Shown: positions 47,900-61,224 of the stretch, piece after piece
Position numbering within the stretch: the stretch's first letter is position 1
Layout: every line of letters begins with the position of its first letter
Assembly: GCA_002104905.1 (NCBI GenBank)
Contig: MCFE01000362.1
Location: 1 to 64,000, forward strand
From: Basidiobolus meristosporus CBS 931.73
Taxonomy: Eukaryota; Fungi; Basidiobolomycota
DNA: 64,000 bases
Reading direction: 5' to 3'
Translations under genes and position numbers: made by a program
The notes under the pieces: model-generated
The model's database searches: none
What the model was told of the DNA's origin: nothing
Seen by the model: only the letters and a program-made list of their open reading frames with translations

Positions 47900-50480
47900 T
47901 CAATGCTTTGCCTGTCAGTAGAATCTCCACACTGACTACAATGGTGGATGTAGAGGCTGCGGCAGAAATCTTGCCTTTCTCTGCAAACTCATCACCTCAC
48001 TGCAGTGTAGCGCAACCGGCTGTTTTACCAACACATCCTATAAGAAATAATATGGCCCCACAGGTAAATCCAATCCAGATCAGCCATCAAGATCCCATCA
48101 GGAGACCGCTATAATACCAGCAGCCTGGAATTCATGATCATCTACATAATTAGATGACAGGATCACAACAGCATTTGCTAATTTACAGCCAAATTAAGTT
48201 GAAAAACATTCTGGTGTTTGTATGCTGTTTTGCCATGGGTGGCATGGCATTGTTGCAGTCTTAGTGCACTATACAACTATTCAAGTAGATCTAACCAGCC
48301 AGTACATCCAATTGCCTTATATTGCAAAAAACTTGAAGGTATTTGACAGCCTCATTGCAAGCCTCTGATTGTATTATCATGGCAATATGGCAGCCTACAG
48401 CTAGTTCTATACAATGCTGCTGTACCAATCAACCAAACAGTATTTGCTTTCTCTACCTCCCCTTGTGCCATTCATATATTTCACTGTAGAATTGCCCCTC
48501 TCTATTTGCTCACCCACCACTACATTGGGTATTCCACATATAGTTCAAATCAGAAAAACTATGGCCTTCTGCTTACTAACCACTTCAAGTGTGCACACCT
48601 GCTGCAATTGCATACTTCTATCACCTCAACGTTATGGCTTCTTAGTGTGATACCTGCAAAGTTGCCATATACCTTGTATTGCTGGTAACATATACATCTT
48701 GAATTGTAGTCCCCTTATAGGTGCACTCTGGCTCTTGTTTGTGTGAACTCCATATTGAGTGGTGTAGAAATTGGCTTGTGACCATGAGAAATCTGGCATA
48801 CCTTGGTAGAGTCTTGCTAATCAAAATTAGTTGCTTGTTGCACCCAGCCCAGCTTTGCTTTACTTAACTGATTACCCATACATTGGGGCTGCTTAGCTTC
48901 TTAATGCCATAGGCATAGGTGTCTCCATTTGACATCTGTTCTCAGTAGTTTCCAACTCTTCCAAGCTGTCCTCATGTGCCAACTCATCACATCCATACCA
49001 GGCTTGAAGGTAGTATTCTTGATGAGAATGGGATATAGTAGTACCTGCAACTTAACTCATCTTTCTATCCCCCCACACATCTGCACCACAGGAAACTCCC
49101 AAAAGGTGAAGCATGGTCCAATATTCTCAGCACACTAAGCAAGATGGAGTAGAGAATGGATAGAGTAGCAGCATAGATCCATACATTCAGCTTTATGTTT
49201 GTAGTAAAGCTACTCAAATCCCTTCACAAACTTGTTGCACAATAGCTGTAGATGTGCCAAGCTGGCATTGGTGATCCACTTCTGGATAAATTTTCCAACA
49301 ATGTCTACATATGAATCCCAATGGCTCCAATGAACACTTAGTAGAAATTGCTTCAGATGGCTACTTGAATAAATACATATCCAGTTCATTCCATCCTTGC
49401 ACATGTAGTGTCCCATATGTATATGAGTGTTGATTGGAGCCCCTAGGAAGTACTTGGGGTAGCAGATCCTCTGTAATATCTTACCAATTCTTTGAAATCT
49501 CTCCGGTATCTTAAAGGCCTCATTTAGCTTGAAATGCCCCATGTACAACTTGGTCATTGGTATAGGGATACTGTTGAAAAGCAAATGCATTGCTCCCAGT
49601 GGAAAGCTTTTGCTCCAACATATACCCTTTATCTTAAGTATCTTGGTTCTCCAATTAATTCCATATTCTGGCCAATGGCTTTTAGCTTGCCAACTTTGCT
49701 GCAATTGCATGCTGACTTCTGTAGGTTCTGTCTGTGGAGAGATGATGCTCTTAGTCTTTGTGTTTGGGCAATAATGATGTGTGTGAGTTATGGAGTAAGT
49801 CCCCTGGATCTCACACATTTGATAGCAATATTGTCCATTATGCCCAGAAAAGCCAGCCATCTTGCTGATGGCTGGAGTATCTCCAATGCAGATAATAACA
49901 TGCGCATTGATGTGACAGCCATTTACTGTTATCCTGCATGGAAAGCATACAAAACTCATCCAGCAATGGATACAGGTAGCTATCCAGGTTGGGTGGTGAT
50001 TTAGGCCCAGATACCAGTGAGACCACCATCAGATTTTGGCTCTGATACCGTAAGATAAGGAGCCAATTCAGGTTGATGAGAATAGGTGGTCAGCAGGATT
50101 TGCTGGTAATGTACTTGTTTAACAAGAATCCATCATGCACCAAGGCAAAGGCATGGTCATACATACCTTCAAAGTAGCCCTGCTTCTTAGCTTCTTGTAT
50201 AATTGCCATCAAATATATCTGATATGTTTGCTCTTGATTGATACTGAGTGCGGTACCTTATAGCTTTGCAATATTTGTTGGACTGCATCAGCTTCTTCAG
50301 ATGGAGTGTTACCAGAATATATCTGGAGTGTGAACAATGTTTCCCCCCCCCCCAAATGGTGAGAATTCCTGCAAAGTTGGATACCTTGCAATAGTGGCAT
50401 TTTCTGATGTGAATGCCATGCAACTGTTAACACATGCTGGTATCAGGATGGTCTCTGGGTCATATGTTGCCAGCTGCACA
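47900..50480 (-). mobile_element. Decayed CACTA/EnSpm-like DNA transposon, copy 1 (approximate ends)
   Basis: VSGPKSPPNLDSYLYPLLDEF, CIGDTPAISKMAGFSGHNG.YC..C, FPLGAMHLLF; homologous to 57.3-63.3 kb. Confidence 0.8.
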
Positions 50481-50949
50481 CTATGGCACAGTATGAGAGT
50501 ATGAGGTTGGAATGCACAGTTGTGCCAACTTTGGAATATTTGTATCCTGTGTGCAACTTTATAATACTGAAATGGTAGGTATAATTAGCTCACTATGTGG
50601 GTCTTACTCTGTGCTAACATTTAATTACAGTGCAATATAGCATCATGCATTTTTGTGGTGTAATACAAACCTGTGCATTTGGATTCAAAGTGCTGCAGGT
50701 ATTGAGCACCAAATGCATGCATTTAGTCCCACTGTGTTCTTGCAAATCATGCCCAAAATTGAACTAGAAAAAGACCAAAAAATCAAATTTCTCCTGCACA
50801 GTTGGTGAAGCTTGAGTGCTACTTTGCATGAGGATGTAAAACTATGTGGCACACTCTGTGGCCTGTTGTAGCTCTGCTATGCTTCTCTGGCTCACTTTGC
50901 CATTGCTTGGCACTGGATGGCTTGATGCAGTACTGTCTAATAGAACAAG

Positions 50950-51460
50950 TCCATTGCTAGGCCAATACAAATCTAGTAAGATATTGGAGAAAGCTGCACA
51001 ATAGGTAAGATAGTCAAGATACTTATTTATGGAGAGTATATTCAGATAGCAAGTTAATTATTGAGAGAAATGTGTCTGGAGCAGTGTGAAAAACTAATAT
51101 AGCTAGTTAAGCTCTATTATGAACCATATAAGTAGGATTGAGCAAAGATGCCCATATTGCATCCTACCACTGGTAGTGTGGCAGAATCTACAGGGCCAGA
51201 TGATACTGTACAGTGCTGGAGCGGTTGTTTGCTCTAAAATGCCTGGCACTATGTGGTACTTCTTAGTGAGACAAGTCTATAATGCATCAAGCATTTTGGA
51301 GCATAGAGATGAAGATCATATAGCATCAGTATCAGATATCTTATCTGCTCATAGACTTGCAAGTAACTCCTCATTCAAATCATGTTATTGTTACTTGAGG
51401 AGCATATTTGCAACACAATGATGGGATGCCTGACAATTGATGGATACTTAATCATAATTT
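50950..51460 (+). mobile_element. 3' relic of the Harbinger/ISL2EU-like element family
   Basis: aagatacttat...agtatattca...gagagaaatgtgtctggagca is colinear with 54600-54680; ctggcactatgtgg motif at 51243. Confidence 0.55.
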
Positions 51461-52299
51461 AATGGATTTGTTCCATCGTACTATGCCATGGCACGCGGCA
51501 TGATCCGCAGTCTTTAAGAACAATTGGGCACAATATTGTAGCTACCAGTAGGCAGGATTGCTCTTGGACAATATTGCACCATGTGTGACAATCTTGCACA
51601 CTATGGCACAATCTGACACAATGAGGTTGGCACAAAAGATTGCGCCCACTTGTAATGTTTGCATCACGTGCGCAATTGAATACCACTATTATGGTAGGTA
51701 AAATCTGGTATTTGGATATGTTTCTTTAATGAAAATGGAAACAAGTGCGTATCACACTATAAACTACTCTGATACTTACCATTTTGGTTACCATCATTCC
51801 AATTAGATGGTATCTCAGTGGGTAATAGGTCCAAAAGTAACCTGAAGCTTTCAACCCCCAATTGGCTCTTTGACCAGTACACAAGCTACCTGATTTGCCA
51901 GCAAATATCCCATCTTGCCCATTAAGCAAGTAAATCCCTGATCCTAGTGATTAGACAAGGTGTCATAGGTAGCATGCAACTAATTGTAGGGGTGCAAATC
52001 AGATCAAATGGCTGCACTGGTGCCATAGATGATGTATACATATGCAGGGTGTTTACTTATTGAGGTCCTGTCTCAAATGTGAGACAACCTTAATATTGCT
52101 CATATCAAAAATTTAGTGATCACTGATTTGCAATGGCTTGATGCGGATTGCAAAAAAAATGTGTTGTTTGGATCATTACAGATAATAGCAATTCAATGCA
52201 ATTGCATCATCTTCTCCTAGGCTTTTTTCCCACATGGATTACTACTGAAGCATTTGGTAGTGATTCACTTTGCACACCTAAACTACTTTCTTGTTGACT

Positions 52300-53450
52300 A
52301 TCCTCTTGGCTACTTATGTATTTGTAGTCAGTAATATTCTCCTAGTTGATGAGTGCAATGCTGCAGCTTGGCTGCGCTGAATTGCTCCAGATGATGCAAC
52401 TGAGCTGGCCTGCAGTGCTACATGCAGACGTGTTCTTTTACTTGCCAAAGGTTCTGGTGGTAGAGGCACTTCATGTGGGTCATCATCTGTCAGTTCACCA
52501 GAAGAGACTTGCTGATGGTCAGGTGTAATGGCACGTGCAGATGTGACTTGATGCGCTGGCATGGCCCATGGCTGAGTTCAATGTGATGCCACTTGTTGAT
52601 GCAACTTGGCCCGCTCCTATGGACTTGTGTCATTTTGGGCAGTTTGGCAGGTTCTGGTGAATTTGCTCTGAAGCGCGTGTGTTGAGCCAATATGCATTGA
52701 GTCAATGCAGGGCACTCTTGTGAAGGGTGTTGGTGTAGTTTGAACTGACGTGTGCCAGCACGCTGAAGTTGCAAGGGATGGTAAGGAATCCAGCAAGGCG
52801 TGCTGGCGCAATCTAGACAATGTTGCTTGCAGTCTGTATTCCTCCTCTTGAAGCTGACCTTCCGATTCCTCAAGGTATTCACTTACCCTCTGTCTAATAC
52901 TTTGCAACTGTTGCCTGGATGAGTCCTGTATATATTGCTCTCAGAAGCCTCTTAGCTCTACTAATACATCACATAATACATTAGTCATTTGAGGCAAAAA
53001 CTCATTCAAAATCTCTTTGGTTCCGAAAGTCAAGGCACAAATGGACACCTCTGGCCTGTACTGTGCAAATTGCGCATGAAATTGCTCCAGCATGGCTTCC
53101 TCATCAAATCCCCTCACTCTCAGCTCATTTCTGATTTCAATACTTGTCTTGTTATATATCATCTTACATACATCCGCTGACATCTTGATGTAGAACTTAT
53201 GCCACAGCTTTCTACTTCAGGTTCTTCCATTTCTGTTAACTCTCCTAGGTATCTAGTTCTGCTAGATTAATGAGTAGTGCCCAAATATCTGCATGAAGGC
53301 TCATCAGACACTTGGGCCATACCAAAATCATTTGGCAAGAGCTCAAATGGATCCAACATTGCCATTTCCGGTCTGGACCATGCTTGCGAGCTGAGGGATG
53401 GGTTTTGTCTGGGTTGAACTAAAGATGAGTTGAGACTTGGTATAGGGACT
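52300..53450 (-). pseudogene. Decayed coding relic of unknown identity (acidic/coiled-coil segments)
   Basis: Protein-like fragments across broken frames (IRNELRVRGFDEEAMLEQFHAQF; VSEYLEESEGQLQEEEYRLQATLSRL); no family recognised. Confidence 0.35.
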
Positions 53451-53779
53451 GTAGTGATGGATTTGGATACTTATACAGTGGTGTATTTGCATCAACCTGG
53501 TCTTATAGAAAATATATATGAAAACTAATGTGATTGTTGAATTTTCCATATATTATGCATGATGCATGTTGGATTGCATTGACATGGATCAGATCACATA
53601 AATTGCAGATTTCATATTTGATTACAGACTTGTGAATAAGCATCAATAAAATACCCAGTCTTTGTTTGAGGATGATTTTTGCAACATAATGATGGGATAC
53701 ATGGCAATTGATGGATATTTAATCATAATGCATAGAAAATTTGATAAATAAAGCTGATCACGCCAATTCAAATTGTCTC

Positions 53780-54850
53780 AGCCCAATCCTTTCCAATATT
53801 AATATGACTTACTCATCTGAATGGTCTTTTCTCATCAATTCCATCACCACCACTGAATTTCCTTTTGACACACTAGAGGAGATCTATACCAAGAACTGTG
53901 GCTGATCTACCCCAGTCTACTCAAGGAGATCCCTAGTTAAGCGTCTTTGCTATTACAAGAACTATTGCCCTACAAGGTTTCATCCCACCATCCAGGTCAA
54001 CTAAAGTCCTAGAAGCTTTCATTCTCAGCTGACAGCAATGGAGAACCACCTTGCAGAGGGTATGTATCACTTAGAGCAAGCCTGGAGTACTAGGTTTAGA
54101 AGCTCCAATAGACTTCCATATCCCAGAGTGTTCAGCAACAGGTTCCATATAAGGAGTATTTTGGATACCTTTCCAGTCAGGATCACAGGCCTTCCAGAGG
54201 GCAGAGGCACTTTTATTCTGGCAAGTACAAGGCACACTGTGTGAAGTTTCAAGCACTGTCTGACATTGAGGGTAACATCATCTGGTTTGGTGGCCATTTG
54301 CTGGAAGTAAGCATGACAAAGCACTCTGGGTAGAGAATTATCCAGAACTCAGTAGAGGGGAGATATGTATGGCAGACTTAGCTAATATAGGAGAGGATTG
54401 TCAGAGATTAAAATGTATTACAGCTTATAGGAAGCCAAGGAATGGTGTACTTAGCAGGAAACAGAAGCTCTACAATGAGATATTAAATCATTTCAGAGTG
54501 AGGGTAGAGCATACATTTGGATATCTGAAGAAATTCAGCATATTGGCAGGTAAATAAAGTGGAAAGTCATATACAGGAGAAAACAGCAGAATAGGTAAAA
54601 TAGCTAAGATACTTATCAATGCACAGTATATTCATACAAGACAACATCCTCTGAGAGAAATGTGTCTGGAGCATTATGAAGAGTAAATAAAGCAAGGAAA
54701 GCACTCCTCTGATCAACATAAGTAAGATTGAGTAAAATTACCAGTAACTATAACCTACCACTGGCATGATGGTAGAAATTATAGTGCCAGATAGTGCCAG
54801 ATCAATCTGGCACTATACAACAGGACTGGCACTATGTGGCATCTGATTCA
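53780..54850 (+). mobile_element. Decayed PIF/Harbinger (ISL2EU/IS5-like, DDE_Tnp_4) transposase
   Basis: ILDTFPVRI, FYSGKYKAHCVKFQ..D..G.IIWF, YRKPRNGVLSRKQKLYNEILNHFRVRVEHTFGYLKKFSIL. Confidence 0.85.
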
Positions 54851-54899
54851 ACTAGATATCAAGTGCTAATGAGAATCTAGATCATCCTTAGTGATACAC

Positions 54900-55420
54900 T
54901 ATCAGTCTAAATCAATGACTAGGTCATCTGATGTCTCTCTAGCTTGAACACTTATACATGTCCTAATATAACATGTGCTCATCTGACAATATCAGATCCT
55001 TCTCTAGCTTTGATCCTATACAGGAGCTTTTGCCTTACAAGGTTTCATGCTACCACTCATATCAATAAAAATATTAGAAGCTTTCATTCCCAGCAGAGAG
55101 CAATGGAGAGCAACCTTGCAGAGGGTATGAATAACTTAGAGCAAGCTTGGAATACTAGGTATAGAAGCTCTAACTGACTTTCATATCCAAGAGTGTTCAG
55201 CTTCAGGTTCTATATCAGAAGTTTCTAGAATACCTCTTAGTGATTATTAGCAGACCTTCTAGAGCACAGCAGTACTGTTGCCCTGGAAAATACAAGGCAT
55301 ACTGAGTGCAGTCTCATGCCTGGTGTGAGATCAAGGGTAACATTATCTGGCTCAGTGGGACATTTGCTGGAAGTAGGCATGACAAAGCACTCCAGGTAGA
55401 TAATTTGTTACAAGTCTGAG
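54900..55420 (+). mobile_element. Second, more truncated copy of the same Harbinger-like transposase
   Basis: Colinear with 53930-54340 (QRAMESNLAEGM..LEQAWNTR; aagg.aacat.atctgg; gctggaagta.gcatgacaaagcact). Confidence 0.75.
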
Positions 55421-55699
55421 TATAATAGCTGATAAGGAATGGGGAGTTTAGATAGTATTACATTCACCAAGACCTGTACTGTTCTTTGTTGAGGTTACAG
55501 AAGCTTCTTATATACATGTTGCAAGACCAACTGCTGACTAATTGTATTTCCCACTATAGGTTGTGGGTAATGGCTCATATAGTTGCAACAGCATCACCTA
55601 TTTAGATCTACCTCAATATAACCATTCCTGTCTGAGAAGGATCTGCTAGATCATCTGCTGACTAATACTCTTGAATTGCTAGATAATACTAATATACTA

Positions 55700-56440
55700 C
55701 TAGACGAAACTTGGGACTATTTATTTTGACAAAAAACTGACCCATATTTAACATTTAAGTGGCATATAATAGCATTCTTTCCTCTCCTGAATCTCTTTTC
55801 TTGTAACGTAGGTATCTTTATGGCTCAGCACTGTTAGTAAGTGCTACAAGCTTGAGTCAGTCTCTATGAACTAAATCTGCTTGGAAATTCTCTTGTTTGT
55901 CTACCAATCATTAATTTGAAATGACCATTTTCTGATGATCTTCAGTGGTTCTGTTCCTTGTGGCTCAAGCTTCTTCCCAGTGTTGTTTCTTAGCAATGCA
56001 AAGGTTGCAGCTGTCAAAGACCTTGATGATGTAGTCTTATCAAGTCTCTGCTTTATCTTTTCTGTACTCTTAGAGATCTTGACCTATGCCTCCTAACCAT
56101 TTTGTTCCAATTGCTGGTGTCTGCTGGGCTGACTGAGCTCATCCTTCAAATTGTTGCAAAGTTTGGTTGTGTCAGACCTCCTGGAATACTTGGTTCATAT
56201 CCATACACTAAGTAAAGTGGTAATTGTTGGGTAGTGTTCTGCACCCTTAGTCTACTGGCAAATAGTGCTTGGTATATATACTCATCCCATCTACTTACAG
56301 CTCCATTTGCATACTTGGTCCGCATTTTTCTGAATAGTCCATTTGACCACTCAGTAGCTCCTTTAGTTCTAGTGTGATATGTCAAAGTTTTCAAATGTTT
56401 GATCTGCTGCACTTCTATGTAGTCTTCCAAAGGGTGCAAT
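55700..56440 (-). mobile_element. Ty3/gypsy integrase relic
   Basis: YHTRTKGATEWSNG..WDEYIYQALFASRLR..T...LYLVYGYEP matches the gypsy integrase core end. Confidence 0.75.
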
Positions 56441-57329
56441 GGCTAAACACCAATGGCTTCCTTGAGAGCTGTTACAAGCAGAGTCAAAAGCTCCAAACAA
56501 GTGTCAAAGAGGCACCAGGTGGCTGCAAGAGTGCCAATAAGAGAAAAGCAGGTAAACACAGATGCATCTGAACAGCATATACCTAGGAAAGAGTGTTGTT
56601 TTATTCAAGAAGCACTTGGTCAAAGTAGTAGTGAAGGACCTGGCAGTGATAAAAACCAGTGGCTACCACAGGACCTTGTCACAGCATGGGCTCAGAGCTC
56701 AAAACAAGCAGGAAAGATGATTCAGGTTGCCTGCAGAGTGCCAGCAAGGGACAAGCAGGCCAAAACAGATGCATTAGAGCAGCCTTTATCAAGGAGAAAA
56801 TGTAGTTCAATTCAAGAGGCACTGAGACAAAGTAGCAGTGAAAGACCTGGAAGTAATAAAGGAAAAGGTAAAGGGGAAAAGGTCTACCCAAGCCAGATGC
56901 AGGGATGCATAACAAAAAGCTGCAGTTTTTGCCAATTAATGCTCTAAGCCTGGAACAGACTGAATCCCATCATAGCCAAGAAGAGTTACCAATAAGAAAA
57001 CAGCTGTCTTCACACAAGTTGGAAGCACAGCCAGCTGAGCTACACTCCCGTGAGGTAGATGAGATTGCAGAGAAAGGCCATTTGTCTACCACAGCCTCTA
57101 CATCCTCCATTGTCAACAGAGTGGAGATCTCACTGACAGACAAAGCAACAATGTCATGAACTCAAAGGGCTATCATAATGCCCTAAGTAGAATTTTGGAA
57201 CATTAATAGGCACACAAAGAGGTTGCAGCACTTCTTCACAAGCAGTGCTCCAGAAAGCACATTTGAATATTGCAAGGATGTATTGCAAAGACTGGCAGAT
57301 GAGGTGCTAGACCTTGCAGTGCCAGCTGA

Positions 57330-60300
57330 AGACCAGGAAATGTGGGAACAAATATTACAAGGCTATAAAGTACCACACTCAGTATCAATCAGGCGCAAAC
57401 ATATCAAATATATTGAGTGGCAAACATTACAAGCTGCTAAGAAGCAAGGGCTGCCTTGTGTAATGAATAGACACAAGGCAGGAGGAAAAGCTAGGCATGG
57501 CAGGAAAGGACTTAGGTGTGGACCATCAAGGCAAGGCAGGATTAAAGGCAAGGCTTGTTATTCAAGACCTGTGTTTATCAGACTGAGGAATACTTAAGGG
57601 GGGATAGGACTATATATACTTTTTGGCTATACTGATGCAGAGAGATATTAGCTAACACTTATGGGGTTGTGGGGTGAGGTACAGCAGCAGTGCTGGGGAT
57701 AATAATATAGAAGGCAAGGCACTGAGACAGGATGGGGATATGGATTGGGTCACCTGATCATGTGACTAAGTCATGTGACCTGGTATTTCCATATATGGTA
57801 CTGGACTATGAGAAATACAATGGGATGCTTACATGGAATGTTCCATTGTGTAACAATGGTTTGGAAAGGTCAGGAACTTTCTGGAAGGTGGTGGAAGGTT
57901 CCAGAAGGAATCTCTTAGAAATTAAGCTAGGAAGCTGAAACTTGGCACAGGTGTTGATGGTTGTCATGTGATCATGACACCTTGAGGGTATGCATGACCA
58001 TGCCATTGCGTTGGCCCTTGATGGATTTTCAGTAAAAAAGTGCTCTACAAGCAAATTCTGCTGCCCACTGATTCTCACCAACCCAAATCTGCCACCTATC
58101 TCATGGTATCAGAGCCAAAATCTGATGGTAGTCTCACCGGTATCTGGGCCTAAATCACCATTCAACCTGCATAGCTACCTGTATCCATTGCTGAATGAGT
58201 TTTGTATGCTTTCCAGTGAGATAGCAGTAAATGGGCATCATGTAAAAGGGCAAATTTTATGTGTTGGAGATGCTCCAGCCATCAGCAAGATAGCCAACTT
58301 TTCTGGACAATGGACAGCATTGTGTCAAATGTGTGAGACCCAGGGGACTTACTCCATAACTCACACACATCATTATTGCCCAAACACAAACACTAAGAAC
58401 ATCATCTTTCCACAGATAGAACCTACAGAAATCAGCATGCAATTGCAGCAAAGTTGGCAATCTATAAGCCATTGGCCAGTATATGGAATTAATTGAAACT
58501 GGAGATGCTTAAGATAAAGGGTATCTGTTGGAGCAAAAGCTTTCCACTGGGAGCAATGCATTTGCTTTTTGACAATATCCCTTTACTGATGACCAAGCTA
58601 TACATGGGGCATTTCAAGCGGTAAGAACACTTTGAGATACTGGAGAAGTTTGAAAGAATTGGCCAGATATTACAGAGTAACTGCTACCCTAAGTACTTCT
58701 CACTATCCCCAATCAATTTTCACACACATATGCAACAATGCAAGTGCAAGGACTGGATGAACTGAATATGTATTTATTCAAGTGGCCTTCTGAAGCTATT
58801 TCTACCAAGAGTACATTGGAATCATTGGGAGTCATATGAGGATGCTGTATGAGTATTTATCCTGAAGTAGATCACCAATGCCAACTTGATGCATCTACAG
58901 CTTTTGTGCAAAGAGTTTGTGATGGGATTTGAGCAGCTATACTTCAAGCATAATACAGAATGTATAGATCTCTGCTGCTACAGTATCCATTTGATACTCC
59001 ATCTTGCTTAATGTGTTGAGAATACTGGACCTTGCTTCACCTTTTAGGAATTTCCTATAGAGTGCATGTGTGGGGAGATAGGAAGATGAGTCAACTTGCA
59101 GGCACTACCATATCTCAATCTCATCAAGTATATTACTTTTAAGTCTGTCATAGATGTGATGAGTTGGCACATGGAGGACAATCAGGAAGAGTAGGAAACT
59201 ACTGAGGACAGATGTGCACATGGAGACTCCAGCCATTAGCAAGATAGCCGGCTTTTCTGGGCTCAATGGATAGTATTGTAGTCATATGTGTGAGATCCAG
59301 GGGATTTATTTGGTAACTAACACACATTATAATTACCCAATTACCAACACTAAGAACATCATCTTTCTACAGAGAAAACATACCAAAGATGGCATGCAAT
59401 TGCAACAAAGTTGGCAAGCTATAAGCCATTGGCCAGAATATGGAATCAATTGGAAACCAGACATACTTAAGATAGAGGGTATCTGTTGGAGCAAAAGCTT
59501 TCCACTATTAGCAATGCATTTGCTATTTAACAACTTCCTTGTTCAGATGACCAAGTTGTAAATGGGGTGTTTCAAGCTAAATGAGCCCTTTGAGATACCA
59601 AGAAAATTTGAAGGAATTGGCAAGATATTACAGAATATCTGCAAAGTGCCTGTCACAGGCACCAATCAATACTCATATGCATATGCCACATTAGAAGTGC
59701 AATGACTGCATGAGGTGGATATGTATTCATTTGAGTGGTGTTCTGAAGCCATTCCTGTCAAGAGTACACTGGAAGTATTGGGAGCCATATGTGGACATTG
59801 TAGGAATATTTTTCTGGAAGTGGATCACCAATTCTAACTTGATGCATCTACAGCTTTTGTGCAAAGAGTCTGTGATGGGATTTGGGCAGCTATACTACAA
59901 ACATAAAGCTGAGCACATAGATCTCTGCCACTGCTGTATTCATTTGCTGCTCTATCTTGCTTGGTGTGTTGAGAATTTTGGACCTTGCTTCACCTTTTGG
60001 GAGTCTCCTATGGAGTGGATGTCTGGGAAGATTGGAAGATGAGTCAAGTTGCAGATATTACTATATCCCAATCTCATCAAGATTATTACCTTTACGTCTG
60101 TCATGGATGCAATGAGCTGGCACATGGAGGACAGCCAGGAAGAGTTGGAAACTACTAAAGGCAGATGTGCACATGGAAATAACTATGCCTGTGGCATTAA
60201 GAAGCAAACCAGCCCCATTGCATGAGTAATCAGTTAGGTAATGCAAAGCTGGGTTGGGTGCAACAAGCAATTAATATTTATTACAAAAACTCTACAAAGG

Positions 60301-61200
60301 TATGCCAGATTTCTCTTGGTCACAAGCCAATTTATACCCCATTATTCACAGAATTCATATAAACAAGAGCCAGAATGCACCTATAATGGGGACTAGAATT
60401 CAGCAGATAGAAGGAAAATATTGGCTAAATACCGCAAAGTTCTTTACAGATATTCAGGAGGTATTCACAGCAGCATTGATGGCAACCAAGCATATGTTTG
60501 CAAGATATATATGTTACCAGCAATACAACATATATGGCAACTTTGCAAGCATCACACTAAAAAGCCGTAAAGTCAAGGTGAAAGAAGTATGTCAAATGTG
60601 GCAGGTGTTCATGTTTGAAGAGGATAGTAAGCAAGAGGCCATAGTACTTTTTGATTCAAACTACATGTGGAATACCCAAGGTAGCAGTGGGTAAGCAAAT
60701 AAAGAGGGGTGACTCTACAGTGTAATATATGAATTGCGCAAGGGGAGGTAGAAAAAGGTGATATCATTTAGTAAATTGGTATGGTAGCATTATACAGAAC
60801 TAGCTGTAGGCCACCATACTGCTGTAATAATGCCATCAGAGGCTCACAAGGAGACTGTCAAAACACCACTAAGTTTTTTGGTGTATAAGGCAAATGGATG
60901 TACAGGCTGGTTAGATCCACTCAAATAGTTGTTAAGTGCACTAAGACTGTAACAAAGCCATGCCACCCTTGGCAAGCTCTGTACAAACACTTTTATATTT
61001 ATCAATTTTAGTGGGCTGTAAAATTAGCAAAATGCTGTTGTGATCCTGTCACAAGATTGTATAGATTGTTATTAATTCCAAGCTGATGGTATTGTAGTGG
61101 TCTCTTGATGTGATCTTGATGGCTGTTCTGGATTAGATCCACCTCCAGGACCAAATAAATTCTCATAGGGTTCCAGTACTCTTCCAAATATTGCAACAAT
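57330..61200 (+). mobile_element. Decayed CACTA/EnSpm-like transposon(s), interrupted by a solo LTR and carrying a ~956-bp internal repeat
   Basis: MHDHAIALALDGF, VSGPKSP, CVGDAPAISK, FPL.AMHLLF, HLLLYL..CVENFGPCFTFWESPMEWMSG; 3' region 60890-61140 is the reverse complement of 48070-48300. Confidence 0.8.
57459..57979. mobile_element. 521-bp solo LTR with a 5-bp target-site duplication
   Basis: TGTAAT...ATGACA termini; CCTTG at 57454-57458 and 57980-57984; removing it restores the CACTA sequence seen uninterrupted in copy 1. Confidence 0.88.
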
Positions 61201-61224
61201 ATACATCATTGTAGAGTTGCCCCA

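Noticed and set aside
48262-48271. TAGTGCACTA as CACTA element termini
   Set aside because: The homologous position at about 60935 is internal to the element and flanking homology continues on both sides.
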